A DNA stretch of 64,000 nt, taken from Desulfobacterales bacterium. GTDB taxonomy: Bacteria > Desulfobacterota > Desulfobacteria > Desulfobacterales > UBA5852. Every line of letters starts with the position of its first letter. Within the stretch, counting starts at the first letter, position 1. The notes under the pieces were generated by a model. It had not been told where the DNA came from. It worked only from the letters and a program-made list of their open reading frames with translations, and made no database searches. Of the stretch, positions 1 through 10,676 are shown in pieces. The translations under genes were made by a program, and so were the position numbers. Location of the stretch: contig CAXXVS010000003.1 of NCBI GenBank assembly GCA_963674755.2, positions 2,432,001-2,496,000 on the forward strand, in the 5' to 3' direction.

Positions 1-344
1 AGGCCGCGGTGACGGCAGGATTCGACAAAAGCGTTCAGGCGCGGATCGGTTTCAGATGGATGCATGGATATCTTAAATAGGATCTATTCTTATTTGTCAA
101 GTGGATTTTCAGGCCGGAATTCTTCTCCGGGAATGCCCTATTGCCGCCTTGGTGCAGCCGTCGCAGAATGGCGTGACCGCCGCGACCTGTATCCTGAAAA
201 CCGTCCAATAACCGCATCGCAAGGCCAATGCCTCATGCTGTATGGGAATTGTATTTCCTGTTTAATTGGGAACGCAAGCGGTTTGCGGTCAACGCCGTGG
301 GCGAGTTCCTGCCATGGCGTTCCCGGCCGCTCTGCCGTCCATCC

Positions 345-723
345 GCCGCCGACCTGGTGTCCTTTTGCAGCCTGTACGAGGGCTTCGGCAGGGTTGCCGG
401 AAGCCGTCTATTTCAAGAAGCCGGTGGTATTGAACCGCTACGGCATTTTTATCGGCGTCATCGAGCCTCCGGGCTTCAAGTTCATCACCCTGGACGGCTA
501 CCTGACACCGGAGGCTGTCGCGGCGGCCCGCCGGATTCTGAGCGGCGGCGCCGAGCGGTATGCCGATCCCGAGCGCAACTACGCCCTGGCCCGACGGCAC
601 TTCTCCTACAATGGGCTGCGGCAGCATCTGCGCGCAATCCTGACCGATCTGGAAGGGGTTGCCGCTCCGGCCCTGCACGGGCTCCAGCCCGACACGAACG
701 CCCCGATTAAATTGGCAGTTTAG
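345..723 (+). pseudogene. C-terminal fragment of a GT4-family glycosyltransferase, frameshifted
   Basis: GT4-type motif ADLVSFCSLYEGFG in one frame continues as EAVYFKKPVVLNRY...NYALARRHFSY in another frame (shift near 390-400); no N-terminal part recognisable. Confidence 0.55.
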
Positions 724-935
724 CCAAACACACCCTTCCTCTTGGCAAATGCGATGTTTTTTATGATCCTGGTTTAAAGTACCTATTTTATGCGCTTGAA
801 ACCAATGCGATCGGTCGAACCGGCTTTTGACCTGATTGACGCTGCCTGATAAGAGGGTGCGGTTTGTTATGAAAGAAGGATGACATCGCCAGTGATGTTT
901 GGGCCTGGCCCGGGTGATGCCCGCGGATATTCATC

Positions 936-963
936 TGTAACCAATTAACGCTTCGATCGTTAA
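936..963 (+). promoter_or_regulatory. Putative ECF-type autoregulatory promoter (TGTAACC-N15-CGTTAA)
   Basis: -35 AAC and -10 CGT motifs typical of ECF promoters, ending 10 bp before the GTG start of the sigma gene. Confidence 0.5.
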
Positions 964-972
964 TCTGATAAC

Positions 973-1479
973 GTGAAATCTTTCGAGCAATTTTACCAGC
1001 AATTCCGGGGGCGCTTCTTCGCCTATCTGCTCCGGCTGATCAGGGATCCCGACCTGGCCGGCGAGATTATGCAGGAGAGCTTTACCCGCTATCTGGAATC
1101 CTACGGTGACCGGCCGTGCGAAGCGCGCCTGCTATACACTATCGGGCGCAACGCCGCGCTGGATGTTTTCCGGCGCCGGCGCCGGGCGGACCCGGTGGAT
1201 ATGGAAACGCCGGACCCCGCCAAAGACCAGGAGCAGCGCCTCGCGATCAAACAAACCTGCCGGCATCTGGAGCAGGCCCTGGAGCTGCTGGCACCCGATG
1301 AGCGTGATGTGCTCCTGCTGGCGGCGAGCGGCGACCTCACCTATCGTGAAATCGCCGGCATGGCCGGTATATCGGAGTCGAACGTCAAAGTCAGGGTTCA
1401 CCGCGCGCGGGTGAAACTGCGCCACCTAATGAAGAAGGTCGATCATGATGGAAGAACTGCAAAGCATGTATATCGATGA
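973..1479 (+). CDS. ECF RNA polymerase sigma-70 factor
   Basis: 168 aa; region 2 (DLAGEIMQESF, LYTIGRNAALD) and region 4 (LTYREIAGMAGISESNVKVRVHRAR). Confidence 0.9.
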   Translation: MKSFEQFYQQFRGRFFAYLLRLIRDPDLAGEIMQESFTRYLESYGDRPCEARLLYTIGRNAALDVFRRRRRADPVDMETPDPAKDQEQRLAIKQTCRHLEQALELLAPDERDVLLLAASGDLTYREIAGMAGISESNVKVRVHRARVKLRHLMKKVDHDGRTAKHVYR

Positions 1480-2008
1480 CGAGCTCGATCTCAACGGGAA
1501 AATCATCTTCGTCGAAAAGGTCTACGGCGACCGGCGGTTCAAGGATGAAACCGTCGAACTGCTGTGGCAGGAAAAGCAGTTGCGGACCCCGCCTCCGGAG
1601 CGGGTGCCCGAGGTCGTTTTCCCCTCTAAACGCCACAGGGGGCAGGGGTTTCGGAGGCGCGTCCTCGTTCTGGCGGGAGGCCTGGCCGCGGCAATGCTGG
1701 CCTTCCTGATGGTCTGGACGAACGAACCCGTCCCGACGGAGGGGGCCAAGATCGCCCACCGCTTTGTCGTCTACCTGCCTGATGCCGGGCAAGCCGCCAT
1801 TGCGGGCAGTTTCAACGGCTGGCGGGCGATTCCCATGCAAAAGGCCGGACCGCAAGGCTATTGGGAAATCTCCCTCGACCTGGCGCCGGGGGAATACCGC
1901 TACAGCTTTATCCTGGACGACGGCCGCCGGGTGGCCGATCCCACGGTCTGGGCCCGCGAGAAAGACGATTTCGGTACGGAAAATTCCATCGTGGACGTAC
2001 GGCTATGA
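1445..2008 (+). CDS. Putative anti-sigma factor with TM helix and C-terminal CBM48/AMPK-beta-like glycogen-binding domain
   Basis: Overlaps the sigma gene; N-terminal SMYIDDEL anti-sigma-like segment, one TM, then AIAGSFNGW...LAPGEYRYSFILDDG...DP...DDFGTENS. Confidence 0.75.
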   Translation: MMEELQSMYIDDELDLNGKIIFVEKVYGDRRFKDETVELLWQEKQLRTPPPERVPEVVFPSKRHRGQGFRRRVLVLAGGLAAAMLAFLMVWTNEPVPTEGAKIAHRFVVYLPDAGQAAIAGSFNGWRAIPMQKAGPQGYWEISLDLAPGEYRYSFILDDGRRVADPTVWAREKDDFGTENSIVDVRL

Positions 2009-2337
2009 CGGTCAGGCGGCTGGCCGGACTGGCGCTGCTGCCTGTCTTTTTGACGGTCGGATGCGCTACCCACTACATTCGCCGGGACGACGGGCGGGCC
2101 GCTTTTTTTCTGCGCTGTCCCGGGGCCCGTGAGGTGGCGCTGGCCACTTCCCTGGACGGATTCACCCCCCATAAGGCCCACCGCAGCGGCTCGGGCCAGT
2201 GGGTGGCCACGGTGGATGCCGACCGGGATTTCAGCTACTTCTATCTCGTGGACGGCAAAGTCTTCCAACCCGACTGCCGAATGGCCGAAGCGGACGACTT
2301 TGGCGGCACGAATTGCGTTTATACAATTGTCCCGTAA
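2005..2337 (+). CDS. Lipoprotein with CBM48-like domain
   Basis: ATGA overlap with upstream gene; lipobox-like LTVGC; FSYFYLVDG...DDFGGTNC resembles the upstream CBM domain. Confidence 0.7.
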   Translation: MTVRRLAGLALLPVFLTVGCATHYIRRDDGRAAFFLRCPGAREVALATSLDGFTPHKAHRSGSGQWVATVDADRDFSYFYLVDGKVFQPDCRMAEADDFGGTNCVYTIVP

Positions 2338-2377
2338 CCTCTGGCGGGCGCGTGCGTTGGAAGGGTAGAACCATATC

Positions 2378-3250
2378 ATGAAAGGAGTTTCAGTCATGAG
2401 ACATGCCTCCGCGGGACTTATCCTCTTTTTTCTCCTGGTGGTTGCGATGCCGGCCGGGGCCGATGCGGTGGACGACGGCCTGCCGGCGACGGTCAGCGAA
2501 CAGGTCCGCACCCAAACCCGGGAAATGATCCGGGTCGGCGTGCCGGCCGACGAGGCGCTTGCCATGACCCGTAGCATGGCGCAGCAGGGCTACTCGGACG
2601 CAGCCATGCGGCAGGCCCAGCACCAGATGATGGCGGCCTGTGAAGAAGGCCTGCCCCACGAACCGCTTTTCAACAAGCTGCAGGAGGGCCTGGCCAAACA
2701 GGTGCCGCCGGAAAATGTCGTTAAGGCCATGCAGACGGTCCGGGAACGCTACCGCTACAGTTACCGTTTCGCCCGGCAGATAACGGCCGACAAGACCCAG
2801 CAGAAGGCGTTGGGGCAAGCCCAGGCCCAGGCGCTGGCCGCCGGTCTGCAAACCAGGGACATGACGCGCATCCAGGATCAGGTGCGGCAACGGATCCGGT
2901 CGCAGACCTGTGACAACTGCCCGCAACTGGCCACGGAAAGCGCCCTGGCCGCCCGTGACATGGCACGGCTGGGGGTGGCTTCCCCAAATGTGGCGGAGGT
3001 GGTCGATGAGGCCCTGGAGATTGGCTATGACAGCCCCCGCATGCACCGCATGCGCCATCAGTTCCAGGAACGTGCGCAATATGAAGATCCCCAGGGACTG
3101 GCCCACCGCTATGCCAATGCCTTCCGCTATGGCCAGGATCCCGCGGCCGACAATGCCGGCGGCAGCCAGGGCAATCGGGGCGGCGGTAATGGTGACAGTG
3201 ACGGTGGTAGCGGCAATGGCGGCGGCAATGGAAACGGCGGCCGGCCATGA
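2378..3250 (+). CDS. Exported helical hypothetical protein with Gly/Asn-rich tail
   Basis: Signal-peptide-like N-terminus, co-oriented with the ECF operon; start may be 2396. Confidence 0.7.
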   Translation: MKGVSVMRHASAGLILFFLLVVAMPAGADAVDDGLPATVSEQVRTQTREMIRVGVPADEALAMTRSMAQQGYSDAAMRQAQHQMMAACEEGLPHEPLFNKLQEGLAKQVPPENVVKAMQTVRERYRYSYRFARQITADKTQQKALGQAQAQALAAGLQTRDMTRIQDQVRQRIRSQTCDNCPQLATESALAARDMARLGVASPNVAEVVDEALEIGYDSPRMHRMRHQFQERAQYEDPQGLAHRYANAFRYGQDPAADNAGGSQGNRGGGNGDSDGGSGNGGGNGNGGRP

Positions 3251-3507
3251 GGCCCGGCCTTGTATAGGCGATCGAGACCGTTTTACAGGGGGGCTGCGGC
3301 CGACCGTCTGCCAAATCAACTGAGCGCATTCAGCGGGGAGCGTTCGCCGGGGAACCCGGCCAGCGCTCCTGCGCGTTGACCCCCTTTCCAGCCATTTCCG
3401 ATAGGCGGAAAAAAGACGTTCAATACCCTGCCGATACCTGCCGCCCAACCGGATGATCGTGGCCTGTCCGCCATTTGCCGCCGCCTCCGGCATCCCCTGA
3501 CAAGCGA

Positions 3508-3536
3508 TTGACATTTACCGGGAGTCCCGCTAAGGT
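3508..3536 (+). promoter_or_regulatory. Putative sigma70 promoter of the nuo operon
   Basis: TTGACA-N17-TAAGGT upstream of nuoA. Confidence 0.45.
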
Positions 3537-3659
3537 GGGTCCCGCTGGTTTTCTTGAGGGTTATTTTCTTCCGTATTCCCGTGATCAGCGGCGGCCGACC
3601 CAGCGACCATTCTGCGGCTATCCGATGAATCCCAAAGACGCACCGATGGCGGAGGTGGC

Positions 3660-4082
3660 ATGACGCCTGTTCCAACCGATGGTCTCTTTTCGCCCTGGGT
3701 TCCCGGGGTGTTCAGCCTGACCCTCTTCGTTCTCATCGTCATCACCCTGATCGGCCTGCTGCTGTTCATGTCCTCCTGGCTGGGTGAAAAACACCCCGAT
3801 CCTGAAAAGCAGCGCCCTTACGAGAGCGGCATCATTCCCACCGGCTCCGCCCAACTGCGCTACCCGGTACCCTTTTACCTGGTGGCCATTTTTTTTCTGA
3901 TTTTCGACGTGGAAGGCGCTTACATCTTCTCCTGGGCCGTGGCGGCCGAAGATCTCGGGTGGACGGCCTGGCTGCAGATGACGGGTTTCATCACCATCCT
4001 GATGGTGGGGCTGGTCTATATCTGGCGCAAGGGCGCCCTGGACTGGGGCCCCCGGGGTAAAACAGGGCGGCACCGGCCATGA
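3660..4082 (+). CDS. nuoA: NADH-quinone oxidoreductase subunit A
   Basis: [25 protein letters not shown] motifs. Confidence 0.95.
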   Translation: MTPVPTDGLFSPWVPGVFSLTLFVLIVITLIGLLLFMSSWLGEKHPDPEKQRPYESGIIPTGSAQLRYPVPFYLVAIFFLIFDVEGAYIFSWAVAAEDLGWTAWLQMTGFITILMVGLVYIWRKGALDWGPRGKTGRHRP

Positions 4083-6442
4083 AGCTCTTCCCGGATACCG
4101 TCGACACCGTCATCAACTGGGCCCGCGCACGCAGCCTGTGGCCCATGTTTTTCGGCCTGTCCTGCTGCTTTGTGGAAGAAGCCACGGCCATCACGGCCCG
4201 CTACGACATCGCCCGCTTCGGCGCCGAAGTGTTCCGCCCCTCCCCGCGGCAGGCGGACCTGCTGATCGTCTCCGGCACGGTCTTCAAGAAAATCGCCCCC
4301 GTGGTGTTGCGGCTCTACGAGCAGATGGCCGAGCCCCGCTGGGTGATCTCCATGGGGTCCTGCTCCAATACCGGGGGCATGTACGACGTCTACAGCGTGG
4401 TCCAGGGGGTCAACCAGATTCTGCCGGTGGATGTCTACATCCCGGGCTGCCCGCCGCGGCCGGAAGCCGTGCTGGCCGGGCTGGTGATGCTGCAGGAGAA
4501 GATCGCCTCCGACGAGCGGCCCGCCCGCGACATATTGCATATGGGCGGCGGCCGCCAGGGCACCCAGCGCCCGATTCTGGAGGACGGCCGGACCAAGGCC
4601 CGCGATCCCCGGGGCCCCGGCATGGCGGGCACGGTCATTCGCGGTACCTCGGTGACGCCCCCCGATTTCCGCGGCCACCGCTCCGATCTCATGTGGACGC
4701 CGCCGGCGGCCCGCATCACCCTCACGGACGGGGAGCAGGATCTGCTGACGACCCTGCGCACCCGCTTCGGCGACGCGGTCCAGCCGGCCGAATCCGTCTC
4801 GGACATGCCCACCCTGAGCGCCACCCCCGACAAGATCAAGGATGTCCTGCGGTTTCTCAAGACTGAAGCCGATCCGCCCTATCAGCGGCTGGAAGACCTG
4901 ACGGCCGTCGACGAGTCCGCCCGGCGGGACCGTGCGGCCTATGGCGACTACACCCTGGTCTACAACCTGCTGTCTTTCGAGCGGCCCGGGCGTCTGCGGC
5001 TCAAGGTGCCCCTGGCAGGGCAAGCGCCGGAGCCGGCCAGCATCACCGATATCTGGCCCTCGGCCAACTGGTACGAGCGTGAAGTCTTCGACATGTTCGG
5101 CATCCGCTTTGCCGGCCATCCCAACCTGCGCCGGCTGCTGATGCCGTCCGACTGGGAAGGGCACCCCCTGCGCAAGGATTTCTCCGGCCGGGCCACGGAC
5201 ATGCCGCCCTACACCCACCGGGACGCGGTGGAACGTCAGCCCCTGGACGGCGGCCTCTACAACCCCTCGCGCACCGGTCGCGGCGAAATGGTGTTGAACA
5301 TTGGTCCCCACCACGTGAGCACCCACGGCCTGCTGCGCTATATCGCCACCCTGGACGGCGAAGAGATCACCGGCCTGGACATGGATATCGGCTACCATCA
5401 CCGGGGGGTCGAGAAAATCGGCGAGCGCCAGAACTGGCACCAGTTCATCCCCTACACCGACCGGGTGGACTACCTGGCCGGGGCGGCCAACAATCTCCCC
5501 TACCTGATGGCGGTGGAAAAATTGGCCGGCATCACGGTGCCGGAGCGGGCCCAAGTGATCCGGGTGCTGCTCAGCGAACTCTTCCGCCTGAGCAACCACC
5601 TCATGTTCGTGGGCACCTTCGCCCACGATCTGGGCGCCATGACCCCGACCTTTTACACCTTCCGGGAACGGGAGATGATTCTGGACATCGTGGAGCTGAT
5701 CACCGGCGGTCGGCTGCACCCGGCCTGGTTCCGGCTGGGGGGCGTGGCCGCGGATCTGCCCGACGGCTGGCGCGAGGCGGTGGAGCATTTCCTGAAAGTC
5801 TTCCCGGAGCGCATCCGGGAATACGAGACCCTGATCACCAAGAACCCCATCATCCGGGAGCGGGCCCGGGGGGTAGGCCGCCTGAGCCTGGAAGAGGCCA
5901 TCGACTGGGGGGTGAGCGGCCCCAACCTGCGGGCCTGCGGCCTGCCCTGGGATCTGCGCAAAGCCTTTCCCTACTCGGGCTACGACCGGTTCACCTTTCA
6001 GGTGCCCACGGCCACCGAAGGGGACTGCATGGCCCGCTACCGAGTGCGGGTGGAGGAAATGCGCCAGAGCCTCGGCATCATCGCCCAGGCCGCGGCGGCC
6101 ATGCCCGGGGGACGCTGGGTGACCGACGACTACCGCTATGTCGTCCCCCCGCGCCGGGACATGCTGAACGACATCGAAAGCCTGATTCACCATTTTGTCA
6201 ACGTGACCCGCGGCCCCAAAATCCCCGCCGGGGAGGCCTATGCCGCCTGCGAGATCCCGCGCGGCGAGCAGGGCTATTATGTGGTTTCGGACGGCGGCGG
6301 GGCCGCCTACCGGCTGCGCGTGCGCGCACCGGGTTTTGCCAATGTGCAGGCCATGCCCTTGATGGCGACCGGCTGGTCCATCTCGGACCTCATCGCCATT
6401 ATCGGCTCGGTGGACTATATCCTGCCGGATATCGATCGGTAG
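4079..6442 (+). CDS. nuoBCD: NADH-quinone oxidoreductase fused subunit B/C/D
   Basis: NuoB ([15 protein letters not shown]), NuoC ([20 protein letters not shown]) and NuoD ([15 protein letters not shown]-terminal DIDR) in one 787-aa ORF. Confidence 0.95.
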   Translation: MKLFPDTVDTVINWARARSLWPMFFGLSCCFVEEATAITARYDIARFGAEVFRPSPRQADLLIVSGTVFKKIAPVVLRLYEQMAEPRWVISMGSCSNTGGMYDVYSVVQGVNQILPVDVYIPGCPPRPEAVLAGLVMLQEKIASDERPARDILHMGGGRQGTQRPILEDGRTKARDPRGPGMAGTVIRGTSVTPPDFRGHRSDLMWTPPAARITLTDGEQDLLTTLRTRFGDAVQPAESVSDMPTLSATPDKIKDVLRFLKTEADPPYQRLEDLTAVDESARRDRAAYGDYTLVYNLLSFERPGRLRLKVPLAGQAPEPASITDIWPSANWYEREVFDMFGIRFAGHPNLRRLLMPSDWEGHPLRKDFSGRATDMPPYTHRDAVERQPLDGGLYNPSRTGRGEMVLNIGPHHVSTHGLLRYIATLDGEEITGLDMDIGYHHRGVEKIGERQNWHQFIPYTDRVDYLAGAANNLPYLMAVEKLAGITVPERAQVIRVLLSELFRLSNHLMFVGTFAHDLGAMTPTFYTFREREMILDIVELITGGRLHPAWFRLGGVAADLPDGWREAVEHFLKVFPERIREYETLITKNPIIRERARGVGRLSLEEAIDWGVSGPNLRACGLPWDLRKAFPYSGYDRFTFQVPTATEGDCMARYRVRVEEMRQSLGIIAQAAAAMPGGRWVTDDYRYVVPPRRDMLNDIESLIHHFVNVTRGPKIPAGEAYAACEIPRGEQGYYVVSDGGGAAYRLRVRAPGFANVQAMPLMATGWSISDLIAIIGSVDYILPDIDR

Positions 6443-6448
6443 ACGACC

Positions 6449-6925
6449 ATGCTGACGGAAGAACTGCGCACAGCGCTGGAAGCGAAAATTGCAGGTGCCG
6501 CCCACCCCCAGGAGTATGTGGTGGACGTCCTCTTTGCGCTCCAGGACCATTACGGCCACCTGACCGACGAAGCGGTGGCCGAGGCCGCCCAACTGGTGGG
6601 CATGCCCGTGGTGGCGGTGGAGGAGCTGACCACCTTCTACCCCTTCCTCTATCGGGAGCCGGTGGGGCGCTACGTCATCAACGTCTGCGACAGCGTGGTC
6701 TGCTGGATGGACGGGCACGAATCCCTCCAGAACCACCTCATGGAACGCCTCGGGATCGCCATGGGCGAAACCACGGCGGACGGCCTGTTCACCCTGTTGC
6801 CGGTATGCTGCATCGGCTACTGCGACCGGGCGCCGGCGATTCTGGTCAACAAAAAGGTTTACGGGGAGCTGACGCCGGAAAAGCTGGACGACCTCCTCGA
6901 GACGCTCCGCCGGGAGGCCGAATAG
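6449..6925 (+). CDS. nuoE: NADH-quinone oxidoreductase subunit E
   Basis: CDSVVC...CCIGYCDRAP 2Fe-2S motif. Confidence 0.95.
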   Translation: MLTEELRTALEAKIAGAAHPQEYVVDVLFALQDHYGHLTDEAVAEAAQLVGMPVVAVEELTTFYPFLYREPVGRYVINVCDSVVCWMDGHESLQNHLMERLGIAMGETTADGLFTLLPVCCIGYCDRAPAILVNKKVYGELTPEKLDDLLETLRREAE

Positions 6926-6934
6926 ATAAATGCC

Positions 6935-8251
6935 ATGACAACGACCTACCCCCAAATTCTGTTTCAAAACCGGCATGCGGACCGCATCGCCACCCTGGAG
7001 GAATACGCGGCCTCGGGGGGCTATGAAGCGCTTCGCCAGATGATCGCCGGGGGCGACCGGGCCCAGGTGCAGGCCGCCATCCAGGAAGCCACCCTCCTGG
7101 GACGCGGCGGAGCGGCTTTTCCCATGGGGATCAAGCTCTCCACGGTGGCGGCGGATGCGCCTTTTCCGCGCTATCTGGTATGCAACGCCGACGAAATGGA
7201 GCCGGGCACGTTCAAGGACCGGGTGCTGCTGCACGCCGATCCCCACCAGTTGATCGAGGGCATGGTGCTGACGGGCTTTGCCATCCAGGCCGCCAAAGGG
7301 ATCATCTTCATCCGGCCGGAGTACGAGAATGCGGCCCGCATATTGGAGCGCGAGGTGGCCCTGGCCCGGCAGGCCGGCTATCTGGGGGAGAAGATTCTGG
7401 GGAGCGATTTCTCCTTCGAGATCGACGTCCACCGCAGCGGCGGGCGCTATATCTGCGGCGAAGTCACCGCCCAGCTGAATGCCCTCATGGGCAAACGGCC
7501 CAACCCCCAGCAGCCGCCGCCCTACCCCACCGAGTCCGGTCTGTGGGGCCGGCCCACGGTGATCCAGAACGTAGAGACCCTGTCCTGCGTGCCCCATATC
7601 GTGCGTAACGGGGCCCAGTGGTTCAAGGACCTGGCGCTCACGGAAAGCGGGGCCGGCACCAAGCTCTTCGCGGTGAGCGGGCATGTGAACCGGCCGGGAT
7701 GCTACGAACTGCCCATGGGGGTCCCCTTAAGCGAGATCATCGAAGAACATGCCGGCGGCATGCGGCCGGGCTCCGAATTCAAGGCCTGCCTTCCGGGGGG
7801 CGCCTCCACCCAGTTTTTGACGCGCCAGTTCTACGACATCCCCATGGATTTCGATTCCCTAAAAAAAGCGGGCCACCGTCTCGGCACGGGCGCCATCATG
7901 ATCTTCGACCACAAGACCTGCATGGTGGCGGCCACCCTGAACCTGATGGACTTCTTCGCCCGGGAGTCCTGCGGCTGGTGTACGCCCTGCCGGGAGGGTC
8001 TGCCCTATATCCGCGACCTTTTGCAGCGCATCGAGCGGGGCGAGGGCGAAGCGGCCTTCATCCCCATGCTGGAAGAGATGAGCAAATACCTGTGGAATGC
8101 CTACTGCGCCTTTGCGCCGGGGGCGGTATCGCCCCTGCAGGGCCTGCTGACCTATTTCCGGGACGAGGTTGAGGAACATATTACGGCCCACCGCTGCCCG
8201 TTCCAGGCAAGCGGATCCGGCGCCCTGGACAACCGGTCCCAAACGGATTGA
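6935..8251 (+). CDS. nuoF: NADH-quinone oxidoreductase subunit F
   Basis: GRGGAAFP, CNADEMEPGTFKDR, ESCGWCTPCREG. Confidence 0.95.
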   Translation: MTTTYPQILFQNRHADRIATLEEYAASGGYEALRQMIAGGDRAQVQAAIQEATLLGRGGAAFPMGIKLSTVAADAPFPRYLVCNADEMEPGTFKDRVLLHADPHQLIEGMVLTGFAIQAAKGIIFIRPEYENAARILEREVALARQAGYLGEKILGSDFSFEIDVHRSGGRYICGEVTAQLNALMGKRPNPQQPPPYPTESGLWGRPTVIQNVETLSCVPHIVRNGAQWFKDLALTESGAGTKLFAVSGHVNRPGCYELPMGVPLSEIIEEHAGGMRPGSEFKACLPGGASTQFLTRQFYDIPMDFDSLKKAGHRLGTGAIMIFDHKTCMVAATLNLMDFFARESCGWCTPCREGLPYIRDLLQRIERGEGEAAFIPMLEEMSKYLWNAYCAFAPGAVSPLQGLLTYFRDEVEEHITAHRCPFQASGSGALDNRSQTD

Positions 8252-8261
8252 AGCGAGCACG

Positions 8262-10667
8262 ATGCCCAAACTGACCATCGACAACCGCAGCATTGACGTC
8301 CCGCCCGGGACCAAGGTCATTGACGCTGCCGAACAGCTCGGCATCATGATCCCGCGTTTTTGTTATCATCCGGCCCTGGGATCGGTGGGCGCCTGCCGGG
8401 TGTGTGCGGTCAAGGTCCTGGAGGGCCGCGCCAAGGGCATCAAGATGAGCTGCATGCTGGATGCCGAGGACGGCATGGTGGTGTCCACCACCGATGCGGA
8501 AGTGGTGGACTACCGGCGCTACGTCATCGAGTGGCTCATGCTGAACCATCCTCACGACTGCCCGGTGTGCGACGAGGGGGGCCACTGCCTGCTCCAGGAC
8601 ACCACCGTCTCCGGCGGCCATGGCCTGCGCCGCTACCAGGGCCCCAAGCGCACCCACAACGACCAGGACCTGGGCCCCCTGGTGCAGCATGAGATGAACC
8701 GCTGCATCCAGTGCTATCGTTGCGTGCGCTACTACCGGGAGTACACGGGCTACGAGGACCTGGGGGTGATGGGGATCGGCCGCCGGGTCTACTACGGCCG
8801 CTTTCAGGACGGCACCCTGGAGAGTCCCTTTGCCGGCAACCTGACCGATGTCTGCCCCACCGGGGTCTATACGGACAAACCCTCGCGCTTCAAGGGCCGC
8901 CGTTGGGATTTCGAACGCACGCCCGGGATCTGCATCCACTGTTCCCTGGGCTGCGCCATCACGGTGGACGCCCGCTACCGGGAAGTGGTGCGCCACGAAG
9001 CCCGCTTCAACCCTTTCGTCAACGGCCATTTCATCTGCGACCGGGGACGCTACGGCTATCCCTATGCCTCGGCCGCCGAACGTCCGTGGCAGGCCGCCCT
9101 GGACGGTCAGTCTATTGACGGGCCAACCGCGTTGCAGGCCGCCGCTGATCGGCTGACGGCCGTGGCGGCCGAACACGGCTCCCGGGCCGTGGCCGTGGCC
9201 GGATCCACGCGCTGCAGCCTGGAAGCCATGGCCGAACTGAGCCGCGCCTGCCGCGGCCAGGGCTGGCGGGGACCGGTTTTTTTCGAAGAAACACGCCATG
9301 CCCGGGCGGTGGGTACGGCTGCCAATCACTTGCTGAGCGGGCCGGCCGTGGGACTGCCGGCCGTCGAAGCGGCGGACCTGGTGATCGTGGCGGGCGTCGA
9401 TCCGGTGCACGAAGCCCCCATGCTGGCCTTGGCCCTGCGGCAGGCCTGGCGCCGGGGCGCCGCGGTTGTCATCGTCGATCCGCGGCCGGTGGCGCTGCCC
9501 TTCGATTTTGCGCATCGGCCCCTGCCGCCCGGCGCGATCGGCCCCTGGCTGGAGGGCCTGGGAGGCGCCGCCCCGGTGGATGATAACAAGGATCAAGACG
9601 ATCTGGGCCGCCGCTTCCGGGAAAGCGACCATCCGGTGATCGTGGCCGGAACCGATATCCTGCCGGCCGCCGCCCTGGCGCAGGCCGCCGATCTGGCCGC
9701 CGGCCGTGTGGCCGCGGGGCAAAAAGCGGGTCTGTTCTGCATCCTGCCGGGGCCCAATGCCTTTGGGGCGGCCCTGCTGGACGAGGACCACGACGGGCTG
9801 GGACAGGTGATCGCCGATATCGAAAGCGGCGCGGTCAAGGCCCTCGTCCTGGTGGAGAGCGATGCGGCCTGGCGGTATCCGAACCAGGCCCGCCTCGCCA
9901 ACGCGCTGGCCCGACTGGATCTGCTCATCGTGCTGGACTACCTGGCCTCACCGGTGGTCGAGGCGGCCCATGTGTTTTTGCCGACAACAACGGTTTACGA
10001 GAGCGGCGGCGTCTTCATCAACAGCGGGGGACGTGCCCAGCAGGCCGTGACCGCCCTGCGCGGCGGCAGGCCCATTACTCAGACCGGTCAGGGGGGGCAT
10101 CCGCCCCGGGTTTTCGAGCCGGATATCCCCGGCGCCGGGCAGCAGGCGGCCTGGGCGGTTGTCCGCGCGCTGGCTGCGGCTGTTGCCGGGGAAGCGTCGC
10201 CCGGGGACCTGTCGCCCCTGGAAGATCTCGGCCAATTACATCCTGCCTTGACGGTTATAACCCCGGCACCGCTGCCGCCGGAGGGGCTGATCGTGACAGG
10301 CGGCTTCTCGTCGCTGCCCACCGAACCGGAAGCCGTAGCTTCCGATGCAGGGGATGCCCCGGGGCTGGAAATCGTCTGGACGGAGCGCATTTTCGGCAGC
10401 GAACCGCTGGCGGCCCGGGCACCGGCCCTCCGGGAACTGCAGGAAACCCCGTTTCTTTTGATCGGGGAAGGGGAGGCCGCCGCCTGGCAACTGGCCGACG
10501 GCGCCATGGTGGCCATCGGCGCCGGGGAGCCCCCCTGGAAGCTGGTTGTGCGGGTCGTGACAGACATGGCGGACGGCATCGTGGTGCTGCCTCGCCTGCC
10601 GGGCTGGCAGCAGGTGGTGCTGCCGGACGGACGCCTTCAACCGGAAGACATTCACCAGAGGAGCTGA
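8262..10667 (+). CDS. nuoG: NADH-quinone oxidoreductase subunit G
   Basis: MPKLTID start; FCYHP...GACRVC, HPHDCPVCDEGGHC, RCIQCYRC, CIHCSLGC Fe-S motifs. Confidence 0.93.
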   Translation: MPKLTIDNRSIDVPPGTKVIDAAEQLGIMIPRFCYHPALGSVGACRVCAVKVLEGRAKGIKMSCMLDAEDGMVVSTTDAEVVDYRRYVIEWLMLNHPHDCPVCDEGGHCLLQDTTVSGGHGLRRYQGPKRTHNDQDLGPLVQHEMNRCIQCYRCVRYYREYTGYEDLGVMGIGRRVYYGRFQDGTLESPFAGNLTDVCPTGVYTDKPSRFKGRRWDFERTPGICIHCSLGCAITVDARYREVVRHEARFNPFVNGHFICDRGRYGYPYASAAERPWQAALDGQSIDGPTALQAAADRLTAVAAEHGSRAVAVAGSTRCSLEAMAELSRACRGQGWRGPVFFEETRHARAVGTAANHLLSGPAVGLPAVEAADLVIVAGVDPVHEAPMLALALRQAWRRGAAVVIVDPRPVALPFDFAHRPLPPGAIGPWLEGLGGAAPVDDNKDQDDLGRRFRESDHPVIVAGTDILPAAALAQAADLAAGRVAAGQKAGLFCILPGPNAFGAALLDEDHDGLGQVIADIESGAVKALVLVESDAAWRYPNQARLANALARLDLLIVLDYLASPVVEAAHVFLPTTTVYESGGVFINSGGRAQQAVTALRGGRPITQTGQGGHPPRVFEPDIPGAGQQAAWAVVRALAAAVAGEASPGDLSPLEDLGQLHPALTVITPAPLPPEGLIVTGGFSSLPTEPEAVASDAGDAPGLEIVWTERIFGSEPLAARAPALRELQETPFLLIGEGEAAAWQLADGAMVAIGAGEPPWKLVVRVVTDMADGIVVLPRLPGWQQVVLPDGRLQPEDIHQRS

Positions 10668-10676
10668 AGCGGAGCG

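Noticed and set aside
4016..7684. 1222-aa minus-strand ORF and other long antisense ORFs over nuo and ABC genes
   Set aside because: Shadow ORFs of GC-rich coding sequence; the opposite strand carries clear conserved proteins.
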